This document shows positions 1 to 8,221 of a stretch of 64,000 nucleotides of DNA, in pieces. The DNA is from Bryobacteraceae bacterium (GTDB taxonomy: Bacteria > Acidobacteriota > Terriglobia > Bryobacterales > Bryobacteraceae). The stretch covers positions 236,832 to 300,831 of the forward strand of contig DATASJ010000106.1 in assembly GCA_036269275.1 (NCBI GenBank), given 5' to 3'. Both the position numbers and the translations under genes were made by a program. Under the pieces are notes generated by a model, which had not been told where the DNA came from, ran no database searches, and saw only the letters and a list, made by a program, of their open reading frames with translations. Each line of letters opens with the position of its first letter. Positions within the stretch are counted from its first letter, which is position 1.

Positions 1-1
1 C

Positions 2-358
2 GAGTGTCTGCATGAGTTGAAGCTGATTGTCGATTTGATCTATGAAGGCGGTCTGAGCTATATGCGCTATTCGATCTCCGATACGGCGGAGTATGGCGAC
101 TACACACGCGGGCCACGGATCGTGAACGAAGAGACTCGCGCGGAGATGCAGAAGATTTTGGCTGAGATCCAGTCGGGTGAGTTCGCGCGGAAATGGCTGG
201 ACGAGAATCGCACCGGCCGCAAGAACTTTCTTGCCCTGCGCGAGGCGGCGAAAGATCAGCCGATTGAGCGGGTGGGCGCGGAGCTGCGCTCCATGATGAC
301 GTTTTTGAAGAAGCGCAAAGAGGCAGGTGTTCCGGAAGAAGCGGCGGTGGGCGCCTAG
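2..358 (+). CDS. ilvC: Ketol-acid reductoisomerase, C-terminal fragment (the gene starts upstream of the window)
   Basis: The frame is open from the window edge. The translation [58 protein letters not shown] matches the conserved C-terminal domain of class I IlvC. The TAG stop is at 356-358. Confidence 0.9.
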   Translation, partial: ECLHELKLIVDLIYEGGLSYMRYSISDTAEYGDYTRGPRIVNEETRAEMQKILAEIQSGEFARKWLDENRTGRKNFLALREAAKDQPIERVGAELRSMMTFLKKRKEAGVPEEAAVGA

Positions 359-930
359 ACGGACGCCAAGTCGACTTTTTCGTAGAGGTCGGCGACGCGA
401 AGCTCGACGTCGATGGAGGAGAGCGCAATGACTGCCTGGGGATCTGTGAATTCTGATAGCGACCAAGGTTCGTTTGGTTGCCGCGTATGTCGCTCGATGT
501 GCACTTTGTCTTGGGCGACGGTCAGATACTCCATTAGCGACGGAATGGAGCGATAGCTGGCGAACTTTTCGCCGCGATCGTAGTCGTGGGTGGATTTGGA
601 GAGCACTTCGATAAGAACGACGGGGTTGAGGACGATGTCGCGGCGGTCGTCCGCCAACGCAGGCTGGCCGCAGATCACCATCACGTCGGGGTACGTGAAC
701 ACGTTGGCTGCGCGGACTGCTAGCCGCAGGTCGGTTGTAAAAAGGCCGCAGGAGCGGTTTCCGAGGCCGATGCGAATGCGGAAATGCAAATTGCTGACGA
801 TTTGAGCGTGAGCAAAACTCGCGCCCGCCATAGCCACGATTTCGCCATTACGGTATTCACTTCTGGTTTCGGCCTGGCGTTCGCGCTCAAGGTATTCTTC
901 CGGAGTGACGCGAGTGGCGGTGGACGGCAT
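355..930 (-). CDS. Uma2 family endonuclease (DUF820, restriction-endonuclease-like fold), paralog 1
   Basis: 191 aa. It carries the typical Uma2 pattern: [26 protein letters not shown], then TTDLRL, YPDVMV and [22 protein letters not shown]. Its stop codon shares the CTAG at 355-358 with the ilvC stop. Confidence 0.85.
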   Translation of the reverse strand: MPSTATRVTPEEYLERERQAETRSEYRNGEIVAMAGASFAHAQIVSNLHFRIRIGLGNRSCGLFTTDLRLAVRAANVFTYPDVMVICGQPALADDRRDIVLNPVVLIEVLSKSTHDYDRGEKFASYRSIPSLMEYLTVAQDKVHIERHTRQPNEPWSLSEFTDPQAVIALSSIDVELRVADLYEKVDLASV

Positions 931-934
931 CGAT

Positions 935-1504
935 CTAGTCTAAAGCGACCTTGCTATAGATTTCTGCTAGGGAAAGCTCAATGCCGATGGAGCGGAGCGT
1001 AATAAGCGCGTCGGGTTCATGGAATTGCTCAGCTAACCACTGCTCGTCCGGTTGGCGCGACCAATGCTCAACGTGGATTTTATACTGATCGACCGTGAGG
1101 TATTCCCGCAGCGTGGGAATGTTGCGATAGCTGGCGAACTTTTCGCCGCGGTCGTAATTTCGCGTGGGCTTGGAGAGCACTTCGATGAGAACGACGGGAT
1201 TGAGGACGATGTCATCGTGCTCATCCGCTATTTGGAGTTCGCCGCAGGTGACCATCACGTCGGGGTAGGCGTACAGGTTAGCGGCGCCGACACCCAATCG
1301 AAGATCGGTTGAGAACACCTCGCAGGATCCACCTCCCAATTTGGAACCAATATCGATAACCAAATTCCTGACGATGCGGGCATGGGCAGGGCTCGAACCC
1401 GCCATGGCCACGATTTCCCCATTGCGATATTCGCTCCTGGTCTCGGCTTGGCGTTCGCGCTCGAGATATTCTTCCGGAGTGACACGCGTGGCGGTGGACG
1501 GCAT
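935..1504 (-). CDS. Uma2 family endonuclease (DUF820), paralog 2
   Basis: 189 aa with the same motifs as the neighbouring gene. The first 36 residues are identical to paralog 1. It lies 4 nt from paralog 1 on the same strand. Confidence 0.85.
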   Translation of the reverse strand: MPSTATRVTPEEYLERERQAETRSEYRNGEIVAMAGSSPAHARIVRNLVIDIGSKLGGGSCEVFSTDLRLGVGAANLYAYPDVMVTCGELQIADEHDDIVLNPVVLIEVLSKPTRNYDRGEKFASYRNIPTLREYLTVDQYKIHVEHWSRQPDEQWLAEQFHEPDALITLRSIGIELSLAEIYSKVALD

Positions 1505-1533
1505 GGCAGTTTCATCCTAGCAGCAAAAAACGT

Positions 1534-1848
1534 TCACATGTTGATACGTTTTTGCTTGTTGCGATTGAGGTACCAGCACGGACTATCGCCGAAATGCGGG
1601 AACAGGGAGTTGACGCAGGTCTGGTCTTGCGGATCATCAAACATGAACTCGGTTCGGTGGTCCTTCCGAGGCACGGCATAGTACGGTTGCACGGTCACGG
1701 TGCCGTAGGGGCTGCGGTTGGCGGCCACTCGATAGCGAAGCAGCAAGTAATCGGCGATGTAAAGGACCGCAAGGGCCAGAACGATAGAAACGATAATTCG
1801 TGGGAGCTGCCGTACGCGAAAGTTCCGACCTGCGGCCGCCTCAGCCAT
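1534..1848 (-). CDS. Hypothetical small membrane protein (one TM segment plus a Cys-containing extracytoplasmic tail)
   Basis: 104 aa with the hydrophobic segment IIVSIVLALAVLYIADYLLL. Its start overlaps the stop of the upstream response regulator by 8 nt, which suggests co-transcription. I recognise no family. Confidence 0.45.
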   Translation of the reverse strand: MAEAAAGRNFRVRQLPRIIVSIVLALAVLYIADYLLLRYRVAANRSPYGTVTVQPYYAVPRKDHRTEFMFDDPQDQTCVNSLFPHFGDSPCWYLNRNKQKRINM

Positions 1849-2506
1849 TCGGAATCGAAGCGGCGAGATCCGGCGAGTGGAGATGGATGATACCGCGGCG
1901 TAGAGCGAGGGTCACGGCATGGGTGCGATCCTTGGCGCCTAATTTGGAAAGGATGCTTTGCACGTGGGCCTTCACAGTGCCCGGAGCCGTGCCCAGCACG
2001 TCGCCGACTTCTTTATTTCCGAAACCGCGGGCAACCAGACTGAGAACCTCGACTTCCCGCGGAGTCAGAGCGACTTCGGGGAAATAGCCGCTGAGCTGCT
2101 GCGTAACTTCCTGGGGGATGAATCGCTTTCCGGCGTGGACGATGCGAATAGCGCGGACGATCTCGGTATGGACCATTTCTTTGAGCAGGTAGCCGCGGAC
2201 ACCCGCCTCGAGGGCGCGGTAGATGTCCTGGTCGCCGTCGTAGGAAGTCAAGGCGATGACCTTGGCGGTGGGCGTTTCCGCGCGGATCTCGCGCGTCGTC
2301 TCGATGCCGCTCTTGTCTGGCAGGCGCAGGTCCATCAGCGTAACGTCCGGCCGGTATTTACGGTGCAAACTGACGGCATCTGCTCCGGTGTTCGCTTCTC
2401 CCACCAGACGCAGATCGGGTTCGGTGGACAAAATTGCGGCGATACCTTTGCGCACAAGGTCATGATCGTCGACCGTCAGGATGCTAATTGGCGCAGAGGT
2501 GTCCAC
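1841..2506 (-). CDS. Two-component response regulator, NarL/LuxR family (REC domain plus LuxR-type HTH)
   Basis: The receiver domain shows ILTVDDH and DVTLMDLRLPDKSG. The C-terminal part shows LTPREVEVLSLVARGFGNKEVGDVLGTAPGTVKAHVQSILSKLG. Confidence 0.92.
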   Translation of the reverse strand: MDTSAPISILTVDDHDLVRKGIAAILSTEPDLRLVGEANTGADAVSLHRKYRPDVTLMDLRLPDKSGIETTREIRAETPTAKVIALTSYDGDQDIYRALEAGVRGYLLKEMVHTEIVRAIRIVHAGKRFIPQEVTQQLSGYFPEVALTPREVEVLSLVARGFGNKEVGDVLGTAPGTVKAHVQSILSKLGAKDRTHAVTLALRRGIIHLHSPDLAASIPNG

Positions 2507-2511
2507 TGGAT

Positions 2512-5500
2512 CTAACTTATCTGATGTTCAAAGGGGGTATCTGCGTTACTCACCGAAGTGCGCGAGGAAAGCGGGAATTCCACCAGCACGCAAGTTCCGG
2601 TACTGGGGGAGCTGACGATGCTCAGCCTGGCGCCGATTTCGGCGGCCCGCTCACGCATACCAACTAGACCATAATGCCCGAAACCGCCCGGGCTTGAGGT
2701 CGCAAAGCCGGCCCCGTCATCCTGCACACAGAGTTGAAGCACTCCTTCCTGAAGCCGCAGGCTTACCTGGAGGGTTTGCGCACTCGAATGTGTCAACGAG
2801 TTCGAGATAGCCTCTTGCGCGATACGCAGGAGCTGATATTCAGTCTCGGGCATGCTATCGAGCGAAACCGGGTCGCCGCTGAATTCCAGCGCCACAGGCG
2901 TGCGATCGACCGCTTCTCTGGCGAGAGCCTCGAGTTTGCCGCAGAACGGTATGGCTGTTGATCCTGCCCTTCTCAGGCCCCACAGGGACTGCCGTGCTTC
3001 CGTCGAGCAACGGCCGGCGTCTTTAATGACTTCGCCGAGGAACTGCTTTTCCTTCGACACGGGTAAGCGCGTCCAGAGCGCTTGCAACTGCATCGTCACG
3101 CCCGAAAGGCCCTGGAGCAGCGTGTCGTGCAGCTCGCGCGCAATGCGGGTGCGCTCGGCCAGTACCAGGTTGAAGCGCTGATTGAGCTGCCGGATTCGTA
3201 CGCGATAAGCTGCGACACCGGCGAGGGCCAAGGCGAGGGCGAGGAGGGGGAAGAACCACGCGCGCTGATAGAGCCGCGGCTCAATGGTGAAAGGGAGCAC
3301 GGCGGGGCGGCTGCTCCAGATTCCATCGGCGTTTCGCGCTATGACTTCGAACCGGAAAGTACCCGGGGGCAGGTTCGTGAAGAAGGCTTCGCGCCGGGCT
3401 CCCGCGTCGGTCCAGGTTTTGTCGTAGCCTTCCAGCAGGTAGCGGAAAGTAACCTTTTCCGGGGATACGAAGCTGAGGCCCGCATACCGGATCTCCACGT
3501 TGTTCTCAAACGGCTTCAATTCGAGCTTGCCGGCGGCGGCAGCGCGCTGGCCGTTGACAAGAATTGCCGTCACGCCCACAGGCGGCCGGACGGTGTCGCT
3601 CACCAGGTGATTCGGGTCCACGACCACCAGGCCGCTGGTGGTCGAGAACCACAGACGGCCATCGCGGGTGCGGCAAGCAGCCGGCTGCACGCCCGATTGA
3701 CACTCGAAGCGAAGCTGTCCGGTGCTGAAAGGAATGCTGGTGATATTGCGAATCTTGCCATCGGCGAACTGCTCCAGCTCCTTTTGGCTCACGCGGAAAA
3801 TGCCCTTGCTCGAAGCCATCCAGAAATTCGCCTGGTCGTCGCGCAAGATGCCGTAGATGCGGTTGTCATAAAGCCCATCTTTCACGCGAACGTGGGTGAG
3901 CTTTCCGTTTTCCCAACGCAAGAGGCCCGAACCGAGAGTGCCCATCCAGGCGGCGTGGCGAACGTGATCGAGGTAATAGCAATCGACCGAGTGAATGACA
4001 TCGAGAGGATAGTGACCCGAGGAGCCGGCAGCGATGTAATAGAGATCCGGGGGATCGGTACTGACAAACAGCCTGGCTGCGTGAGCACCGGAGAGCGCAA
4101 TCACCTGCTTGCCGCGCGTGACACCATCCATGTCGGCGCGCACGAAATGGCCGCCCGCGAAACGGTTCAGGCCCTGGTTGGTGCCGACCCATAAGGTCCC
4201 CTGAACATCGACGAATATCGCGCGCACTTCCGGCCCGGAGAGACCTTCCCGCTGGGTATAGCTGCCGATGACCTTGGCGTCGCGAAGCCGGTTCAAACCT
4301 TTGCTGGTACCGACCCACAGATCACCTTGGGGCGCCACCTCAAGGCTGAGGACGGTGTTGCTGGCCAAACCGTCGCGCGTGGTTAAGCGGTGAAAACGGC
4401 GGCCGTCGAAGAAAGCGAGCCCGCTGGCCAGTGTGCCGATCCACAAGCGGTTCGCAGAGTCCTCGAGCACCGGACCGGCGTCGTTGCTCGGCATGCCATC
4501 TTCGGTTGTGTAAGGCGTCACCTTGCCGTCGGTGAACTGATCGAGGCCGTCCTTGGTGCCGGCCCAAAGGCTGCCTTCACGGTCGATAAAGAGGGAAAGA
4601 ACCAAGCTGTGTGAAAGGCCGTCGCGGGTGCGATAGGTACTGAATTCGCCGCTGCGGTAGCGGCTAATTCCATCATTGGCACCGATCCAGATGCTTCCGT
4701 CGGGCGACTCGGCGAGTGCGGAAACCGCGTTGTCGGGGAGACCATCCTGAGCAGTAAACGAACGCGACCCAGACTCGCGAAGCTGGGTGAGCCCCGAGGC
4801 GCTTCCAATCCACACGCTGCCGTCGCGCGCACAATCCAAGGCGGTGATGTTGTCGCGCGGCGAAACCCGCGAATCCGAATAGGTAGCGAACCGCGAGCCG
4901 TTCCAGCGGCTCAGCCCGAAGTCTAAGCCGGCCACCCAGCGCGTGCCGTCGCTCGCCTCGCAGGTCGCTCGGATGCCGTTCGAGGGCAGGCCATCGGCGG
5001 TGGTAAATACTCGAAAGCGGCCATTCTGAAAGCGGGCCAGACCTTGGTTGGTGCAAATCCAGACCGCGCCGCGCGAATCGGAGGCCAGGCAAAAAACCGA
5101 ATCGCCCGGCAAGCCTTGCGCGGTGGTATAGCGGGTAATGGCGCCGCCCGGCGCAATTTTTGCGACGCCTCCGCCAAGAGAGCCTACCCACAAATTCCCT
5201 GCCCGGTCTTCGAGCAGCGCGTGAATCAGGCTGTGATGAAAAGCCGCGGCATCGGGGCCGTCGAATTCGCGAAAGCGCATGCCGTCGAAGCGGATCAGGC
5301 TGTCCTGCGTGCCCAGCCATAGGAACCCATCGCTGGTCTGCAAAATGGAGTAGATGGTCGGCTGGAAGAGGCCCTCTTCCTGACCCCAGATGCGATGCGC
5401 GTATTGCGTCAGCGTCTTGGCCGGATCGAGAGCGCGAACGGGAAGAGCGGCGATGGCGGTCAGGACAAGGAGGGCCGCGAGATGCGCGCAAGCCTGGGGA

Positions 5501-5595
5501 GCTTTAGCGAGGGGGCGTGGCAGTCGCAGGCGGGGGAACGCTTTGAGACGACGAAGCGGCGGGAGGAGGTGCGGAACTCTCGGCAGAACCGGCAT
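2512..5595 (-). CDS. Sensor histidine kinase with a large periplasmic beta-propeller-repeat / Y_Y_Y sensor, a TM segment, HisKA_3 and HATPase_c
   Basis: 1027 aa. It has many repeats of the type G.LW.GT..GL.R. (two-component regulator propeller), a TM segment (WFFPLLALALALAGVAAY), the H-box ELHDTLLQGLSG and a C-terminal ATPase region (DDGAGF, GLVGMRERA). ATG 5595 is the only canonical start upstream of the signal-like segment. Confidence 0.88.
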   Translation of the reverse strand: MPVLPRVPHLLPPLRRLKAFPRLRLPRPLAKAPQACAHLAALLVLTAIAALPVRALDPAKTLTQYAHRIWGQEEGLFQPTIYSILQTSDGFLWLGTQDSLIRFDGMRFREFDGPDAAAFHHSLIHALLEDRAGNLWVGSLGGGVAKIAPGGAITRYTTAQGLPGDSVFCLASDSRGAVWICTNQGLARFQNGRFRVFTTADGLPSNGIRATCEASDGTRWVAGLDFGLSRWNGSRFATYSDSRVSPRDNITALDCARDGSVWIGSASGLTQLRESGSRSFTAQDGLPDNAVSALAESPDGSIWIGANDGISRYRSGEFSTYRTRDGLSHSLVLSLFIDREGSLWAGTKDGLDQFTDGKVTPYTTEDGMPSNDAGPVLEDSANRLWIGTLASGLAFFDGRRFHRLTTRDGLASNTVLSLEVAPQGDLWVGTSKGLNRLRDAKVIGSYTQREGLSGPEVRAIFVDVQGTLWVGTNQGLNRFAGGHFVRADMDGVTRGKQVIALSGAHAARLFVSTDPPDLYYIAAGSSGHYPLDVIHSVDCYYLDHVRHAAWMGTLGSGLLRWENGKLTHVRVKDGLYDNRIYGILRDDQANFWMASSKGIFRVSQKELEQFADGKIRNITSIPFSTGQLRFECQSGVQPAACRTRDGRLWFSTTSGLVVVDPNHLVSDTVRPPVGVTAILVNGQRAAAAGKLELKPFENNVEIRYAGLSFVSPEKVTFRYLLEGYDKTWTDAGARREAFFTNLPPGTFRFEVIARNADGIWSSRPAVLPFTIEPRLYQRAWFFPLLALALALAGVAAYRVRIRQLNQRFNLVLAERTRIARELHDTLLQGLSGVTMQLQALWTRLPVSKEKQFLGEVIKDAGRCSTEARQSLWGLRRAGSTAIPFCGKLEALAREAVDRTPVALEFSGDPVSLDSMPETEYQLLRIAQEAISNSLTHSSAQTLQVSLRLQEGVLQLCVQDDGAGFATSSPGGFGHYGLVGMRERAAEIGARLSIVSSPSTGTCVLVEFPLSSRTSVSNADTPFEHQIS

Positions 5596-6082
5596 GCGGA
5601 GTGGCTGCTGAGTCAGACGAAGGTGGCATGACGGGAGTTACAGAGCCGGTTGCGGAACCAGTTACAGAACCGGTTACAGAGCCACCGGCATGTTTAGGGC
5701 CAAGTCCTAGGCCGGTGAGCGTGAGCGCGCTAATCTTGCCATCGTCCTCGAGTTTTTGATCGGCCTGGAAGCGCTTCAGGGCGTCCATCGAATCGTCTCC
5801 CCATTGGCCATTTACCTGGCCTTTGAAATAACCGCGCTCGGCAAGCGCCTGCTGGATTTGCTGATAGCGCTCGGGATCGGGATGAAGTTGGTAGCTAGGG
5901 CGCGGAGCTGCGCGCCTGGAAGAGCGAGCGGCAACTTTGTGGCGAGCGGCGCCGGGTTTGGCAGGTGAACTTTTAGACTGCTTGGTTTGCGAAGCCTTCA
6001 CGGATTGGGCATGAGCCGGCGGGACGGCGTTTAGCGGAAGTAGCGCGATCCCGAGCAGCGCGACCGCCAATGCGCGATTCAT
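5504..6082 (-). CDS. Secreted peptidoglycan-binding-domain (PG_binding_1-like) protein with a low-complexity Ser/Pro/Ala tail
   Basis: The signal peptide [25 protein letters not shown] begins at the internal Met (6082). The core [39 protein letters not shown] matches the PG-binding repeat. The 3' 92 nt overlap the start of the kinase gene. Confidence 0.65.
   Translation of the reverse strand: MNRALAVALLGIALLPLNAVPPAHAQSVKASQTKQSKSSPAKPGAARHKVAARSSRRAAPRPSYQLHPDPERYQQIQQALAERGYFKGQVNGQWGDDSMDALKRFQADQKLEDDGKISALTLTGLGLGPKHAGGSVTGSVTGSATGSVTPVMPPSSDSAATPHAGSAESSAPPPAASSSQSVPPPATATPPR
5637..5684 (-). repeat. Coding tandem repeat of 4 x 12 bp, encoding (GSVT/GSAT)x4
   Basis: The plus strand reads GTTACAGAGCCG GTTGCGGAACCA GTTACAGAACCG GTTACAGAGCCA. 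It lies inside the tail of the PG-binding protein. Confidence 0.85.
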
Positions 6083-6138
6083 GTGGGAAAACTTCAGGTT
6101 ATCACCCGGCGGTGGGTGTTGCACAGCATTCGCGGTTC

Positions 6139-7194
6139 ATGGAGAGAATGGAAGAAATGATCATCTCGATAAAACTGCATGCGACGCGCGCCGAGATAGA
6201 CGCGGTTTGCGATCGGATACGCGAGTTCGGCTACAAGGTGCATTCGATCGAGGGAGAAGAGCGGGTGGTGATCGGGGCGGTCGGAGTGGGCGACGTGACG
6301 GCCTGCCTGGAATCGCTGGAGGCGATGCCGCAGGTGGAGAAAGCGGTGCGCATTTCCGCGCCGTATAAGTTTGTCAGCCGCGAATTTCGACCCGGCAAGT
6401 CACAGATACGCGCGCACGGTGTAGAGATTGGCGGCGATGAATTCGTTGTGATGGCCGGACCGTGCTCGGTGGAAAGCGAGCGACAGATTCTGGAGACTGC
6501 CGAGGCCGTAGCGCAGCAGGGCGCCAAGTTTCTGCGCGGAGGCGCATTTAAGCCGCGGACTTCTCCTTACGATTTCCAAGGTATGGAGCTGGAAGGGCTG
6601 AAACTGCTGCGGCGGGCGAAGCAAGAGACCGGGCTGGGGATCATTACAGAAGTCATGAGCGACGGGGATGTCGAGCTGGTAGCCGAGTATGCCGACATCC
6701 TGCAGATCGGGGCGCGCAACATGCAGAACTTCGCGTTGCTCAAAGCGCTGGGGAAAACGGACCGGCCGGTGATGTTGAAACGCGGCCTAAGCTCCACCAT
6801 AAAAGAGCTGCTGATGTCGGCCGAATATGTGGTTGCTCACGGGAACCAGAACGTCATTTTGTGCGAGCGAGGAATTCGCACGTTCGAAACTGCGACCCGC
6901 AACACGTGCGACATTACGGCGATCGCAGTGTTGAATGAACTTTCGCACTTGCCTGTCCTTTTGGACCCGAGTCACGCGACGGGGAAGCGCAGCCTGGTGC
7001 CGCCCTTGGCGAGAGCGGGGGTTGCGATCGGGGCAGACGGGTTAATCGTCGAAGTGCATCCGCAGCCTGAGAAGGCGCTGAGCGATGGAGCACAGTCGTT
7101 GAACCCGGAGCAGTTTGCCTGGATGATGCGCGACCTAAAGCCATATTTCGAGCTATGGTCGAGGGCGCGAGTGGCCGAATTGGCAGCGGTGTAG
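6139..7194 (+). CDS. aroF: 3-deoxy-7-phosphoheptulonate (DAHP) synthase, type I-beta, with an N-terminal ferredoxin/ACT-like regulatory domain
   Basis: The N-terminal part reads [33 protein letters not shown]. The catalytic core reads [37 protein letters not shown] and LLDPSHATG. Candidate starts are ATG 6139, 6148 and 6157; GGAGAG at 6141-6146 favours 6157. The ORF-track start at 6070 would overlap the divergent gene. Confidence 0.88.
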   Translation: MERMEEMIISIKLHATRAEIDAVCDRIREFGYKVHSIEGEERVVIGAVGVGDVTACLESLEAMPQVEKAVRISAPYKFVSREFRPGKSQIRAHGVEIGGDEFVVMAGPCSVESERQILETAEAVAQQGAKFLRGGAFKPRTSPYDFQGMELEGLKLLRRAKQETGLGIITEVMSDGDVELVAEYADILQIGARNMQNFALLKALGKTDRPVMLKRGLSSTIKELLMSAEYVVAHGNQNVILCERGIRTFETATRNTCDITAIAVLNELSHLPVLLDPSHATGKRSLVPPLARAGVAIGADGLIVEVHPQPEKALSDGAQSLNPEQFAWMMRDLKPYFELWSRARVAELAAV

Positions 7195-8126
7195 ATCGGA
7201 ATTCATTGCGCGCCCGATCGAAGCCTTGGCTGGTTTTCGCCGTGCTCGCGGCGTCGGTTGCGGCGCTGCTGTGGGGCGTCGACCGGTACCGCCATCGTTT
7301 CGTAGGAGCGGATCGAGATCTGTTTCGATTTCTGCCGCAGAGCGACGCCACGATTTTCTATGTGAACGTTGCGGGGCTGCGCCGAGCAGGGATGCTGCAG
7401 GTATTCGCAGGGACGACAGCGGCCGAAGAAGCGGACTATCGGTCTTTCGTGCGCGAAACGCGATTCGATTACCGCAAAGACATTGACGCGATCGCCGGAG
7501 CCGCCGATAGCCAGCAAATTTTCTTTGTGGTACGAGGCCGGTTCGATTGGAACAAGCTGCGCGAATATGCAGCAGCGCATGGCGGCAGTTGCATGGGCGA
7601 ACTGTGCGACGCACCCACGAGCAAGGCGGGCCGGTGGGCGTCGTTTGTTGCTATTCAACCGGACGTGCTGGCGCTGGCGCTGAGCGCGAACCGCGTGGCG
7701 GCTGAAGCAGCTCGACCGCCGGGACATGCGGTGGCCGAGGAAATTCCGGAGCGCCCGGTATGGGCGCGCGTAGCGCAGAGCGTACTGAAGGATCCGGCCC
7801 GTTTGCCGGTTGCGGTGCGGATCTTCGCGATTTCGCTGCAGTTTGCGAATCCGGTGGTACTTTCGGCCAGACCGGCCGACGCGCATAGCGAGGAATTCAC
7901 ACTGGAATTAGATGCGCAGTGCGCAAGCGCTGCCATGGCGGAGGGAATTCGCAACCAGCTCGATATCGATACGAAGATGTTGAAGCTGGAGTTGGCGCGC
8001 GAGCACGCGCAGGCGAATGCAGCCGACCTGACCGGATTGCTGACGAGCGGGAGTTTTCAGGCGGCGGGCAAGAGAGTCGTCGCCACGTGGCCGATACGTG
8101 AAGAGCTGTTGAGGTCGCTGCGATGA
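7155..8126 (+). CDS. Hypothetical membrane-anchored protein
   Basis: 323-aa ORF with an N-terminal anchor ([20 protein letters not shown]). An in-frame TTG at 7206 would avoid the overlap with aroF. I recognise no family. Confidence 0.5.
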   Translation: MVEGASGRIGSGVDRNSLRARSKPWLVFAVLAASVAALLWGVDRYRHRFVGADRDLFRFLPQSDATIFYVNVAGLRRAGMLQVFAGTTAAEEADYRSFVRETRFDYRKDIDAIAGAADSQQIFFVVRGRFDWNKLREYAAAHGGSCMGELCDAPTSKAGRWASFVAIQPDVLALALSANRVAAEAARPPGHAVAEEIPERPVWARVAQSVLKDPARLPVAVRIFAISLQFANPVVLSARPADAHSEEFTLELDAQCASAAMAEGIRNQLDIDTKMLKLELAREHAQANAADLTGLLTSGSFQAAGKRVVATWPIREELLRSLR

Positions 8127-8138
8127 CGCACCCGCTCC

Positions 8139-8201
8139 GCTGATCTAAATTTAACGATCAGCTTTCGCTGATCTAGTTTTAACGATCAGCTTCCGCTGAT
8201 C
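8139..8201 (+). repeat. 28-bp-period array of five alternating 7-nt arms (GCTGATC / GATCAGC) in the relA/spoT leader
   Basis: GCTGATC occurs at 8139, 8167 and 8195. GATCAGC occurs at 8156 and 8184. The unit CGCTGATCTA..TTTAACGATCAGCTT is repeated 2.2 times and ends 20 nt before ATG 8222. Confidence 0.85.
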
Positions 8202-8221
8202 TAACCTAGTAGATAGACTGA

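Noticed and set aside
6070-6138. The ORF-track start of the DAHP synthase at 6070. The same issue applies to the upstream extensions of ORFs 12315, 27429, 46325, 53714, 56806 and 52379.
   Set aside because: These extensions overlap the neighbouring gene and encode Arg/Gly-rich, non-conserved sequence. Internal starts give proper N-termini (a signal peptide or the domain start) and often form start/stop overlaps with the neighbour.
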